Below are positions 37,129 through 45,852 of a stretch of DNA of 64,000 bases, piece by piece. Source of the DNA: an uncultured Gammaproteobacteria bacterium (GTDB lineage: Bacteria > Patescibacteriota > Microgenomatia > Levybacterales > GWA1-39-11); the NCBI GenBank assembly GCA_964641355.1, contig CAZXND010000002.1, positions 70,615-134,614 on the forward strand. The letters run 5' to 3'. The translations under genes were made by a program, and so were the position numbers. Within the stretch, counting starts at the first letter, position 1. Every line of letters starts with the position of its first letter. Below the pieces are notes generated by a model that ran no database searches, was not told the DNA's origin, and was given only the letters and a program-made list of their open reading frames with translations.

Positions 37129-40100
37129 ATTTTTTACACAGAGTTAAGATTAACAATATTACCGTAGCTAAAAGAGAGATCAAAGAAACAACCACGGTAA
37201 TATAAAATACTTTTTGAGTTTCAAATTCAATAATTAAGTTGTAGGATTTTTTACCATCAGCAAAGCCTTTTGGTATCAACCATCCATTAGAGTAACCATT
37301 AGCCACAAAGTGATTCTTTTCAAGAAGCGAATCACGACCCAATGTTTCAAACATATTTTGGTCTAATAATGAATCATTCGACTTTTCCTGTTTAATCTTA
37401 CCATTATAATAAGACTCAACCACCTTACCTCTAACTTTCTTTTTTGGATCGATATAGATCTTCCACTTCTCACTAAATGCATCAGAAAAAATTAGAAGAT
37501 ATTCTGAGTCAACCCCCTCAACTTTTATTTTATATTTTGTAGGATTTATTTTCACAAATGTGATTTTAGGAGTTTTGGAGAATAATTTATAATCACTTTT
37601 CTTTTTCACTACAATATCGGGATGATACGGAAGTACTTTTGCATAAAAATTACGGAAGATAGGTTGAGCTTTTTCATCTTCCGAGCTCATAACTAATAAG
37701 GCATTTTTGTAATCCTTCAAGGATAGGACTATATTGAATTTTGTCCAATCCTTAGAAATTCTTTTTTCGTTAAAAATGTAATGAAACTTAGGATCGGCCA
37801 ATTTATTTTTATCCTGTCTTTTTTGAGAATACATTCCAACATCAAAAACCTTACCGTAACTTTGATACTCAAAGGAAATTAAATAGTAGGAATTATTTTT
37901 AAATCCATTTATGTACTTAAGCCCCTTAATAATATTTCTTTTTTTAATATTAAGACTCTTAATCGCCAGATTTGTATCACCGATAATTTCATCATCGCTT
38001 TTTGGGGTAAATAAAATGTCATCAGTAATTACATCTTCACTGTCAATAATAAGTTGGATATATTTGTCGCTTTCTAAGTTAAGGTCACCTAAATCAACCA
38101 TCCCTTTAACTTTCTGAGGATTATTAGAGTAAATATTGCTACCGTTGTATACCAATTTAATTCTGCTTATATCGAACTTACCTTCATCTCTAACGAATAA
38201 TTTTGCTTTTCCTCCATTTTTTGAAATGTACTCAAGTATTGATGGATCATATTCTTTTGTTATTGTTTTTTTTAAATAATATGAGTTCAATTTCTCAAAA
38301 ATCTTGCTCAAATATGCTCTGTCGTGGGATGACTTCATACTCTTTTGAATTACAATCATTACCTTAATTTTACTATTCAACAAAAACTGTCTAATTTTAT
38401 CCTTTTTTTGAATCTTCCAGCCAAGATCTTTTTCTGATTTTTCGATGCTCTCTATAGCTGCACTAACTCCTCTTGAATATCTTGATAAACTTGCCTCCCA
38501 GCTATTAAATTTCCTTCCTCCTAAACCATTTATAGTTTTTGGGTCTGTCCAAAAATTTATTAACTCTTGATTAGAGCTTATATTTCTTTGAACAGGGATC
38601 TCCCCTTCCCACCTTTCAAGTTCTGAAATTCTTTTCGCACTGTAGAATAAAAGATAATCTATATATGAATCTGTATCTGATTTAATTTTATTCAAATAAT
38701 ATTTCTCTTTATAAAAAACCACTGGATAAAAAATTGAATTTAGCTTCCATTTGGCAAAAGGATAATTTACAGAAATTGGATAATCTTTAATTATCCTACT
38801 GTAGATATCAACTTTTGAAAGTTGACTGACAGAAATGTCTTTATTTGTGCTGGAGTCTATTGCAATACGATCATTTGAAAATGAATAAAAAGGGGAAATG
38901 ACTTCCCAATCCAAAACTGGATCCAGAGAGCTTATAGTTTTACTGGAAATGTAAAAGTGAGGAAGATAATTTTCTTTATTTAAAGAAAAAACTGAATAGT
39001 CACCATTTTTAAAGAGTAATTTCGCATTAAGTTTTGATATTAAACTTTTATATGTCTGAGCATTCGGAAAAAAATCGTTTATATATGCAAAAGGGAAATT
39101 AGGAAAATTGGAATAAATGTACTTATCAGAATTAAAGACTAGATATCTAATATTTAGTATAGAAAATAAATTTTTAATGTCCTCATACTCTTTATTAACA
39201 ACAAGTTTAATAAAGACGTCTTTATAAGATAAAAAATCTTCGTAACCAGCAAAATCTTTTTTTCCTGTTAAATAGGCTATCGTAGATGGACCCATATAAA
39301 CTCCGTCATTAACTCCCCTGATAACTTGGTACGCTGGGTCTGTAAACGGAAGCGTAACAATTTTCCCATCGATAGATAACTTTCTAATTTTAGCTATAAA
39401 TCTTTCATATTTGGGATCCATTTTCATTACTGATCTAATATTCTTTGACTGCCAAAGAGGACGATTAATGATTTCACCTTTAATAAAAGGTGTAGAAAGC
39501 AAAAAAAGATAAATAATGAGCACTAAAACGAATAAATCAAAACCTTTTTTTAAAAAAATACTTTTCTCAGAACTCGTAATTCTTCTACGTATTAAAGCGA
39601 GAGAAGCACCAAGAACTAAAGCATAATAAAATGCTAAAGAGTATTGCCACTGTGCATAAAAATTCCTAAACATGGAAAAGCCCGGGATACTAAAGAGTTC
39701 TGAGTAAAATTTAAATCCAAGATTAGTAATATTTGCAGAAGAAAAAAATAAAAGAACAAGAAAAATAAAAGAAAGGATGAGTAGAAGCCTACCTTTGTTA
39801 AAGAAAAAAGAGATTAGAATTATTATTGGATAAATAATTAATAAATCATGATAATATTTAATTTCAACCCACTGAGGAAGTCCTAATAAGTTTTTACTTA
39901 ATTTAATATTTGGTGCAATTGCAACAAAATAACTTAACCCTCTATTGAATTTTCCTTCTGAAGAGAAAATTGTTTTATTTACTACACTTCCAGAAGTAAA
40001 TATATCTAAAATTTGTGGGAAATAATGAAAAATATGGACGCCAAGAAAAAGAACAAGTCCAACTAATAGAGGCTTAATTTTTATTTTTTTTCTAAGAATA

Positions 40101-40765
40101 ACTTTTGCATATATTATTAAAAAAAGAAAAGATATGGGGTAAAAAGCTACGATCGCAGGGGCTGAAACAATGCTAAAATTAGGAGAAAAGAAAAATGAAA
40201 TGATAATTATGATTAAGAGATATAAAAATCTAGATGTTTTAAAATACCTAACAAATAAATAAAAAACTAGAGGATTTAAAAAAATTTGATTTCTACTTAA
40301 TAAAACGTGCTCCCATCCGTCAATCAATGCGGGAAAAAATGCGTAGGCTATTCCACAGAATAAAGAAATTAGAAAAATATCATTTAATTTATTTCTCTTT
40401 TCACCTGTTAATATCTCTTTAGCTGAAAGAAATGTGAAAAGAAAAGAAGCGCTAAGTGTTACTCCATGAAAGATAGATATTAGTAAAAAAGGAGAGAGAA
40501 AAAATCTAAAAATAGCCAGTAACGCAATAAAGGGAAGTGAGAAATAGTAGATATTCTCAAGGCCAAATGAAGATGCTGAAATACTGAATAAGGATGCACT
40601 TTTAAGATAAGAAACTGGATCATAAAAATACAACCTACTAGAATCGCCTCCAATATCCATCTCGCCTGGTTTTAGCCAAAGAAAAGGAATTATTAAAAAT
40701 ATTACGGTTATTAGTAAAACAACAATTTTTTTTTGCATTTTACTCTTTCCATTGCTGAATAACAC
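37115..40765 (-). CDS. Giant polytopic membrane protein, paralog family member (GT-C/YfhO-like candidate) with a roughly 600-aa extra extracytoplasmic domain
   Basis: 1216 aa. N-terminus IPFLWLKPGEMDIGGDSSRLYFYDPVSYLKS is shared with ORFs 43441..45852 and 45842..48139. C-terminal NGYSNGWLIP...TM anchor is also shared. Confidence 0.5.
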   Translation of the reverse strand: MLFSNGKSKMQKKIVVLLITVIFLIIPFLWLKPGEMDIGGDSSRLYFYDPVSYLKSASLFSISASSFGLENIYYFSLPFIALLAIFRFFLSPFLLISIFHGVTLSASFLFTFLSAKEILTGEKRNKLNDIFLISLFCGIAYAFFPALIDGWEHVLLSRNQIFLNPLVFYLFVRYFKTSRFLYLLIIIIISFFFSPNFSIVSAPAIVAFYPISFLFLIIYAKVILRKKIKIKPLLVGLVLFLGVHIFHYFPQILDIFTSGSVVNKTIFSSEGKFNRGLSYFVAIAPNIKLSKNLLGLPQWVEIKYYHDLLIIYPIIILISFFFNKGRLLLILSFIFLVLLFFSSANITNLGFKFYSELFSIPGFSMFRNFYAQWQYSLAFYYALVLGASLALIRRRITSSEKSIFLKKGFDLFVLVLIIYLFLLSTPFIKGEIINRPLWQSKNIRSVMKMDPKYERFIAKIRKLSIDGKIVTLPFTDPAYQVIRGVNDGVYMGPSTIAYLTGKKDFAGYEDFLSYKDVFIKLVVNKEYEDIKNLFSILNIRYLVFNSDKYIYSNFPNFPFAYINDFFPNAQTYKSLISKLNAKLLFKNGDYSVFSLNKENYLPHFYISSKTISSLDPVLDWEVISPFYSFSNDRIAIDSSTNKDISVSQLSKVDIYSRIIKDYPISVNYPFAKWKLNSIFYPVVFYKEKYYLNKIKSDTDSYIDYLLFYSAKRISELERWEGEIPVQRNISSNQELINFWTDPKTINGLGGRKFNSWEASLSRYSRGVSAAIESIEKSEKDLGWKIQKKDKIRQFLLNSKIKVMIVIQKSMKSSHDRAYLSKIFEKLNSYYLKKTITKEYDPSILEYISKNGGKAKLFVRDEGKFDISRIKLVYNGSNIYSNNPQKVKGMVDLGDLNLESDKYIQLIIDSEDVITDDILFTPKSDDEIIGDTNLAIKSLNIKKRNIIKGLKYINGFKNNSYYLISFEYQSYGKVFDVGMYSQKRQDKNKLADPKFHYIFNEKRISKDWTKFNIVLSLKDYKNALLVMSSEDEKAQPIFRNFYAKVLPYHPDIVVKKKSDYKLFSKTPKITFVKINPTKYKIKVEGVDSEYLLIFSDAFSEKWKIYIDPKKKVRGKVVESYYNGKIKQEKSNDSLLDQNMFETLGRDSLLEKNHFVANGYSNGWLIPKGFADGKKSYNLIIEFETQKVFYITVVVSLISLLATVILLILTLCKKYEIK

Positions 40766-41075
40766 CTAATAAAAGGAAAAGGAAGCACCACACTGCCGCC
40801 TTTTCAGTAGAGAAAGATGTACCAGAAACAATGTAGCTAAGAAACATCGTAAACAACATAACAAAACTGTAAATAAAAGTTATCTTACTATTTGACGGGG
40901 TAGCGATGTAAATAAAAATATAGATTGCTAAAATCCCAAAAATTATCAAATCTGAATTAATCTTAATAAAGATTGAATCAAATAAGAGTGCTAGTAATAT
41001 TAAAAAAAGCAAAAAACTACGAAATTCCTTAGTTATTTTTTTAAGTTTTTTATAAAATTTATTAATTCGTTTCAT
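40740..41075 (-). CDS. Small multi-TM membrane protein, paralog of 43131..43448 (GtrA-like candidate)
   Basis: 111 aa. Shares segment order and residues with the 105-aa ORF: LIIFGILAIYIFIYI / RIFTILTLYLFLISI, and EKAAVWCFLFLLLGVIQQWKE / ERVAVFVYLFLVIAVFQKFKEL. Confidence 0.4.
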   Translation of the reverse strand: MKRINKFYKKLKKITKEFRSFLLFLILLALLFDSIFIKINSDLIIFGILAIYIFIYIATPSNSKITFIYSFVMLFTMFLSYIVSGTSFSTEKAAVWCFLFLLLGVIQQWKE

Positions 41076-41802
41076 TCTTTTTTTTAATATATCTCAATAC
41101 TTTACCCGGATTACCGCCGAAAACAGAAAATCTGGGAACATTTTTTCTCACAATAGTATTTGCTCCAATTACCGAACCGCTCTCAATAATAACATTATTG
41201 AATATAACAGCACCTGCACCTATCCAAACATTATCCTTAATCTCTATGTTCACATACTGCACCTTTTGTCTTATTATTGGAGTCTTAGTATCCTCAAACA
41301 TGTGATTCAACGTGTAAAATCTAACTCCATCTGCAATAAGAACATTATTACCAATCTTTAAACTACCTCCATTTTGTGCTAAATAACAGTCCTTACCAAT
41401 AACAACATTATTACCTATCTTGAGTCCATGGTTAGTAGATGCGAGAGTAGATCTCTCTCCAATTATAAAATTATCCCCAATTACAATAGGACCATCAGCC
41501 AAAATAGACACATCATCCTTTATATTAATATTGCTCCCCATTCTTATATTTGATGGGTGTTTAACCTTAAACCTTTTACCTATCAAAACTCGCTTTCCAG
41601 ATTTAATAAACACGTGTGAGATAAATCCCTTTACTATACTTAAAAAAAGACCCGTTCCTCCTGATAAAAACAAAGTCACAAGCAGATCGCCCACTATCGA
41701 TTTAAAAAGATCTTTATTATTTTTTACTCTGTAGTATTTTTGTATTGATTCCATCAAATTTATTGCGTTAATTATAACAAACCAAATATTTAAAACAATC
41801 AA
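41062..41802 (-). CDS. Hexapeptide-repeat acyl/acetyltransferase with N-terminal hydrophobic membrane anchor
   Basis: 246 aa. First 70 aa hydrophobic (two helices). Then LbH repeats IGDNFIIGERSTLA, IGNNVVIGKDCYLA, IGNNVLIADGV, IGAGAVIFNNVIIESGSVIGANTIV. Confidence 0.7.
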   Translation of the reverse strand: MIVLNIWFVIINAINLMESIQKYYRVKNNKDLFKSIVGDLLVTLFLSGGTGLFLSIVKGFISHVFIKSGKRVLIGKRFKVKHPSNIRMGSNINIKDDVSILADGPIVIGDNFIIGERSTLASTNHGLKIGNNVVIGKDCYLAQNGGSLKIGNNVLIADGVRFYTLNHMFEDTKTPIIRQKVQYVNIEIKDNVWIGAGAVIFNNVIIESGSVIGANTIVRKNVPRFSVFGGNPGKVLRYIKKKNETN

Positions 41803-41829
41803 GGATTGTGCTATTCTAAAAAAAATTAG

Positions 41830-43134
41830 ATGACCAAAATTAAAGTTTTTATCGTTTTATTTATCTTAGTAGTTGGATTAATTTTAAGACTTAACAACTA
41901 CTATATCTATCCCCAGAGAGGCGCCTCAAGTGATGAATATACATATTCATTTCTAGGCATAAGCTTAATCAATAAACATTATCCAGAGTCATGGTCCAAT
42001 TTAAACGCATATCCCAACCTTTACGATTTGACCATCGATCATTTGTATTTTCCAATGGTATACCCTTATTTTGATCACCCCCCTTTGAATGGTCTGCTTG
42101 TGGGAGCATGGTCAATAATAAACGGACAAAATAACTATAGAGAGATTGATCTTAAGACAATAAGACTTATCCCAATTTTTTTATATCTAATATCCGCGAT
42201 ATTAGTTTTCTTAATAGCTTTCAGGTTATATGGTTATCGCGTAGCATCAACGTCTCTTCTAATATTTTCAGCATCAACAGTGTTTGCAATGAATCAGAGA
42301 GTTGTATTCGCTGAAAACCTATTAACTCCTATATTTCTCGGAGCTATGTATTTATATATTCGCACTAGTAATTTAACTCTAAAAAAAGGTGTGACCTTGG
42401 GAATTCTATCAGGATTAGCTTTTTGGACAAAAGAAGTAGGAATAATCGTTTTTATCACCTTATTATTTTTGATGTTAAAAGATGTTAAAAAAATTAAACC
42501 TATTTTGATTTTTGTTATGATATTTTTGATTTTTTTTCTAGGATATTTTTTTTACGGAAACATATACGATTGGGACTTATTCTGGAAAATAATCTCAATC
42601 CAATCAGCAAGAAAAATCGGTCCAGAAACAATATTGCTCCTATTATCAAAACCTATAATTGTAAATAAGTTGTATTTTGATGGGTGGTATTTTCTCGGAT
42701 TTGTCTCTCTTTTCATTGGACTCACTGACATTAAAAAATATGGCCTAATTGTAATACCTGCATTCCTTTATTTTTTACTTATGGTCTTCTCTCTCGCCAA
42801 AGAAGGAGAAATGGGATGGTATATGATTCCTATGTTTCCATTTATGTCGATTATCATTTCTAAAATGACAACTGATGGACTTAAAAATGCAAATTGGTAC
42901 ATTTTTTTGATAATAATTTTTGTTGGGCTTTTTCAAATCAAATATCTGTATGAAGCTAACTTTGGATTAACACAAAATCAATTTAGAATAATTATGCTTA
43001 TAATGTTAGGACCTTTACTTTTAGCTCAGGCGTTTAAGTCTAAGAGAATATTTACTCAAATAAGTTTTTTTTGGTTTTATCTGCTAATTATTGGGACAAT
43101 TTTTCTAACCTATACATATATCCATCCCGCCTAG
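41830..43134 (+). CDS. Polytopic membrane glycosyltransferase, GT-C fold (ArnT/PMT_2-like, GT39/GT83-like)
   Basis: 434 aa with about 11 TM segments. First external loop SSDEYTYSFLGISL carries the DE..Y motif typical of ArnT/PMT-family GT-C enzymes. Confidence 0.55.
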   Translation: MTKIKVFIVLFILVVGLILRLNNYYIYPQRGASSDEYTYSFLGISLINKHYPESWSNLNAYPNLYDLTIDHLYFPMVYPYFDHPPLNGLLVGAWSIINGQNNYREIDLKTIRLIPIFLYLISAILVFLIAFRLYGYRVASTSLLIFSASTVFAMNQRVVFAENLLTPIFLGAMYLYIRTSNLTLKKGVTLGILSGLAFWTKEVGIIVFITLLFLMLKDVKKIKPILIFVMIFLIFFLGYFFYGNIYDWDLFWKIISIQSARKIGPETILLLLSKPIIVNKLYFDGWYFLGFVSLFIGLTDIKKYGLIVIPAFLYFLLMVFSLAKEGEMGWYMIPMFPFMSIIISKMTTDGLKNANWYIFLIIIFVGLFQIKYLYEANFGLTQNQFRIIMLIMLGPLLLAQAFKSKRIFTQISFFWFYLLIIGTIFLTYTYIHPA

Positions 43135-43448
43135 AGCTCTTTAAATTTCTGAAAGACCGCAATAACTAAAAAAAGATACACAAAAACAGCAACTCTTTCA
43201 CTGAATGGCACTATCTGTCCAGGATTAATAAACTCAACTAAATTTGTAAAAATAAATAAAACAAAAGAATAAAAAATAAGCATCATTGAAAGAACTATTG
43301 TCATATTAGCAGTAATTTTTTTAATAGATATTAAGAATAAATATAGTGTTAGTATGGTAAAAATTCTTAAATCAGAACTTTCTCTGAAAATTAGCACTTC
43401 AAGTACGATAATTATAAAAGTCGATAAAATATAAAATAATTTACTCAT
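43131..43448 (-). CDS. Small multi-TM membrane protein, paralog of 40740..41075 (GtrA-like candidate)
   Basis: 105 aa, 3-4 predicted TM segments. Sequence similarity to the 111-aa ORF as listed there. Immediately downstream of paralog 43441..45852, with a 8-nt overlap suggesting coupling. Confidence 0.4.
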   Translation of the reverse strand: MSKLFYILSTFIIIVLEVLIFRESSDLRIFTILTLYLFLISIKKITANMTIVLSMMLIFYSFVLFIFTNLVEFINPGQIVPFSERVAVFVYLFLVIAVFQKFKEL

Positions 43449-45852
43449 TTTTAAATAACAGTAGTCCGTAGAGAAAAAGACATAATAGAGTGAGGATAGA
43501 CACCATAAAAGTAATATAAAACGTTTGCTGGCCCATCATCTCGATGATCAAATTATAATTTTCTTTTTTACCATCAATATACCACGCATTAGAATATCCG
43601 TTAACCATGAAATGGGAATCATCAAAAATAGACTTCATTCCAAAAGTTTCAAATGGCTTATCGTCAACAAATTGATTTGCTGGTTTTTCTTCATTTACTA
43701 TTCCGTTTAAATAAATATTATTTTTGTCTATAAGATATGCTTTTGGTTTGTCTTCAAATATTTTCCAGTGGCTGTTGTATGCTTCTTGAAAAACAATAAT
43801 AACAGGCTCCTTAACACCCAAAATACTTAACTTATATTTAGTAGGGTTGATTTTTTTATAAAATATTTTTATCATGTGTTTCCCTCTCTTCCCTTTCTTT
43901 CCACAAATATTTTTAATGGTTAGGGATTTACAAATAGAATTTTCAATATAAACACTTCTTATGTTTTCAGTTTTCTCTCCGTTTTCTAAAGGAAAAAACG
44001 ACAATGCACCATAATACGGCTTACTATATTTTTTATTTGCGTCGTAGGTTAAGATATTAGACGCGGGATAAAAATGAGGTAAATAGTCAGAATTATCTAG
44101 CTCATACAAATGATAATCGCCTGAACTAAATATTTTTTTCTCAGCAATTTTTTCTACAAAACTTATTGATTTACTTGAAGCGGGTACATTTGTATAACCA
44201 TATGGAAATTCAGGAAAATATTTATCAGATATATTATTATCTTGATTAAGAAGAATATACCTAACTTGAAGCAATTCAAGCATCCTCTTCATAAGAGAAA
44301 AGTTTTTCTTTTCAACTAAAATTTTAAAGACCTGAGAATAAGGGTCCATATGTTGATAGCCAGCAAAATCGTTTCTACCAACCAACAACGAAGTCATCGA
44401 TTGACCTACATATACACCATTATTTGATCCTCCTACTAAATTGTATGCAAAATCAGTAAAAGGAACATGCAACATTTTACCGTCACTAGGTAACTCATAT
44501 ATGTATTTAAGTAATTTTTTATAATGAGCATCCATTACGATTATCGAACTCAAACCTTTCGATCCTCTTTGACTTACGCGAATCACACTACTATCTAAAA
44601 TAGGTATGCTTCTTAAGAGTATGAGAATAAAAATTATTAATATTAACGAGATCATATATTTTTTTTTGAGAGCGCTAAGAATTTTTATTATTGATAGACC
44701 AAAGAGAAGCGAGTAGAAAAAGGTGTAAACCCATTGCCACTGACCAGAAAAATTTCTAAACATTCCAAATCCAGGAATCAAAAAAAATACCCTATAAAAC
44801 TCTCTACCTAATCTTGTTATATTTGCTGATACTAAAAAAAGTGTCATAAGGAAGAAAATACATAATAAGATATACAAATTATTTTTTTTTGAGAAAATTA
44901 ACCCAAAAATGATTATAAAAGGAGCAATAAATAAACTTAAAGCAGGTAAGTAAAACTCCGGAACAAGAAGAATACTCGCACTAACCTTAGAGAACTGAAC
45001 AATTGAATCAAAATAACTTAGACCTATATTGGTCCCAGATATGCTTTCAAAAGTTCTAGAATTTAGCTCTGTACCTTTACTAAAAAGCGTAGAAAGTAAA
45101 GGTATAACATGAAACAAGTGCAAAAAGACGAAAATAATACCACTAACTAGAAGCCCTTTCATAGGGAACTTCTTTTTAAGTACGAGTTTTGTGTAAAAAA
45201 ACAAAAAAGATAAAATTATTGGGTAAAAGGCATATATAGGAGGGTTGTAAATAGCAAAATTAGATGAAAATATGAATGACACAACAAGAATAACCCATAG
45301 ATATTTAAATTTATTTTCCTGAACGTACTTAAGCAAAAGATAAAAGAATAGTGGATTTAAAAAAACTTGATCATGTGTCACGAGCGCATATTTCATGTTA
45401 TTAAGAATCGCCGGAGATAGAACATAAAAGAAAGACGCTACTATCGACCCAGACCATTCCCCCAAAGTCATCTCTTCCACCGACTTACGTTGTAAAAACT
45501 CCTTAATTATTAAAAAAATAAATACAAAACCGAATGCGAGTTTTATTCCATTAAAGATATTAATAACTATTGTTGATGATACAAATATAGACTTGATTAA
45601 AAACACAAATAAAATATAAGGTAAAAAATACTGATTGTAGGAAACCGTCCCAGTCCCCCATGGAACAACGCTATATATAGCAAAAGACTTAAGATTTGAG
45701 ATAGGATCATAAAAAAACAACCTATGACTATCTCCTCCTAGTTCTAACTCACCCTCTCGAAGCCATAAAAAGGGGATAAAAAAGAGAGTTAAAAAAATAA
45801 AAATAATAACTAAACGTTTATATTTAAACCTTTTTAATTTTTTATTTTTCAT
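43441..45852 (-). CDS. Large polytopic membrane protein, paralog family member (GT-C/YfhO-like candidate)
   Basis: 803 aa. IPFLWLREGELELGGDSHRLFFYDPISNLKS N-terminal motif. C-terminal VNGYSNAWYI...TM anchor. Confidence 0.5.
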   Translation of the reverse strand: MKNKKLKRFKYKRLVIIFIFLTLFFIPFLWLREGELELGGDSHRLFFYDPISNLKSFAIYSVVPWGTGTVSYNQYFLPYILFVFLIKSIFVSSTIVINIFNGIKLAFGFVFIFLIIKEFLQRKSVEEMTLGEWSGSIVASFFYVLSPAILNNMKYALVTHDQVFLNPLFFYLLLKYVQENKFKYLWVILVVSFIFSSNFAIYNPPIYAFYPIILSFLFFYTKLVLKKKFPMKGLLVSGIIFVFLHLFHVIPLLSTLFSKGTELNSRTFESISGTNIGLSYFDSIVQFSKVSASILLVPEFYLPALSLFIAPFIIIFGLIFSKKNNLYILLCIFFLMTLFLVSANITRLGREFYRVFFLIPGFGMFRNFSGQWQWVYTFFYSLLFGLSIIKILSALKKKYMISLILIIFILILLRSIPILDSSVIRVSQRGSKGLSSIIVMDAHYKKLLKYIYELPSDGKMLHVPFTDFAYNLVGGSNNGVYVGQSMTSLLVGRNDFAGYQHMDPYSQVFKILVEKKNFSLMKRMLELLQVRYILLNQDNNISDKYFPEFPYGYTNVPASSKSISFVEKIAEKKIFSSGDYHLYELDNSDYLPHFYPASNILTYDANKKYSKPYYGALSFFPLENGEKTENIRSVYIENSICKSLTIKNICGKKGKRGKHMIKIFYKKINPTKYKLSILGVKEPVIIVFQEAYNSHWKIFEDKPKAYLIDKNNIYLNGIVNEEKPANQFVDDKPFETFGMKSIFDDSHFMVNGYSNAWYIDGKKENYNLIIEMMGQQTFYITFMVSILTLLCLFLYGLLLFKNE

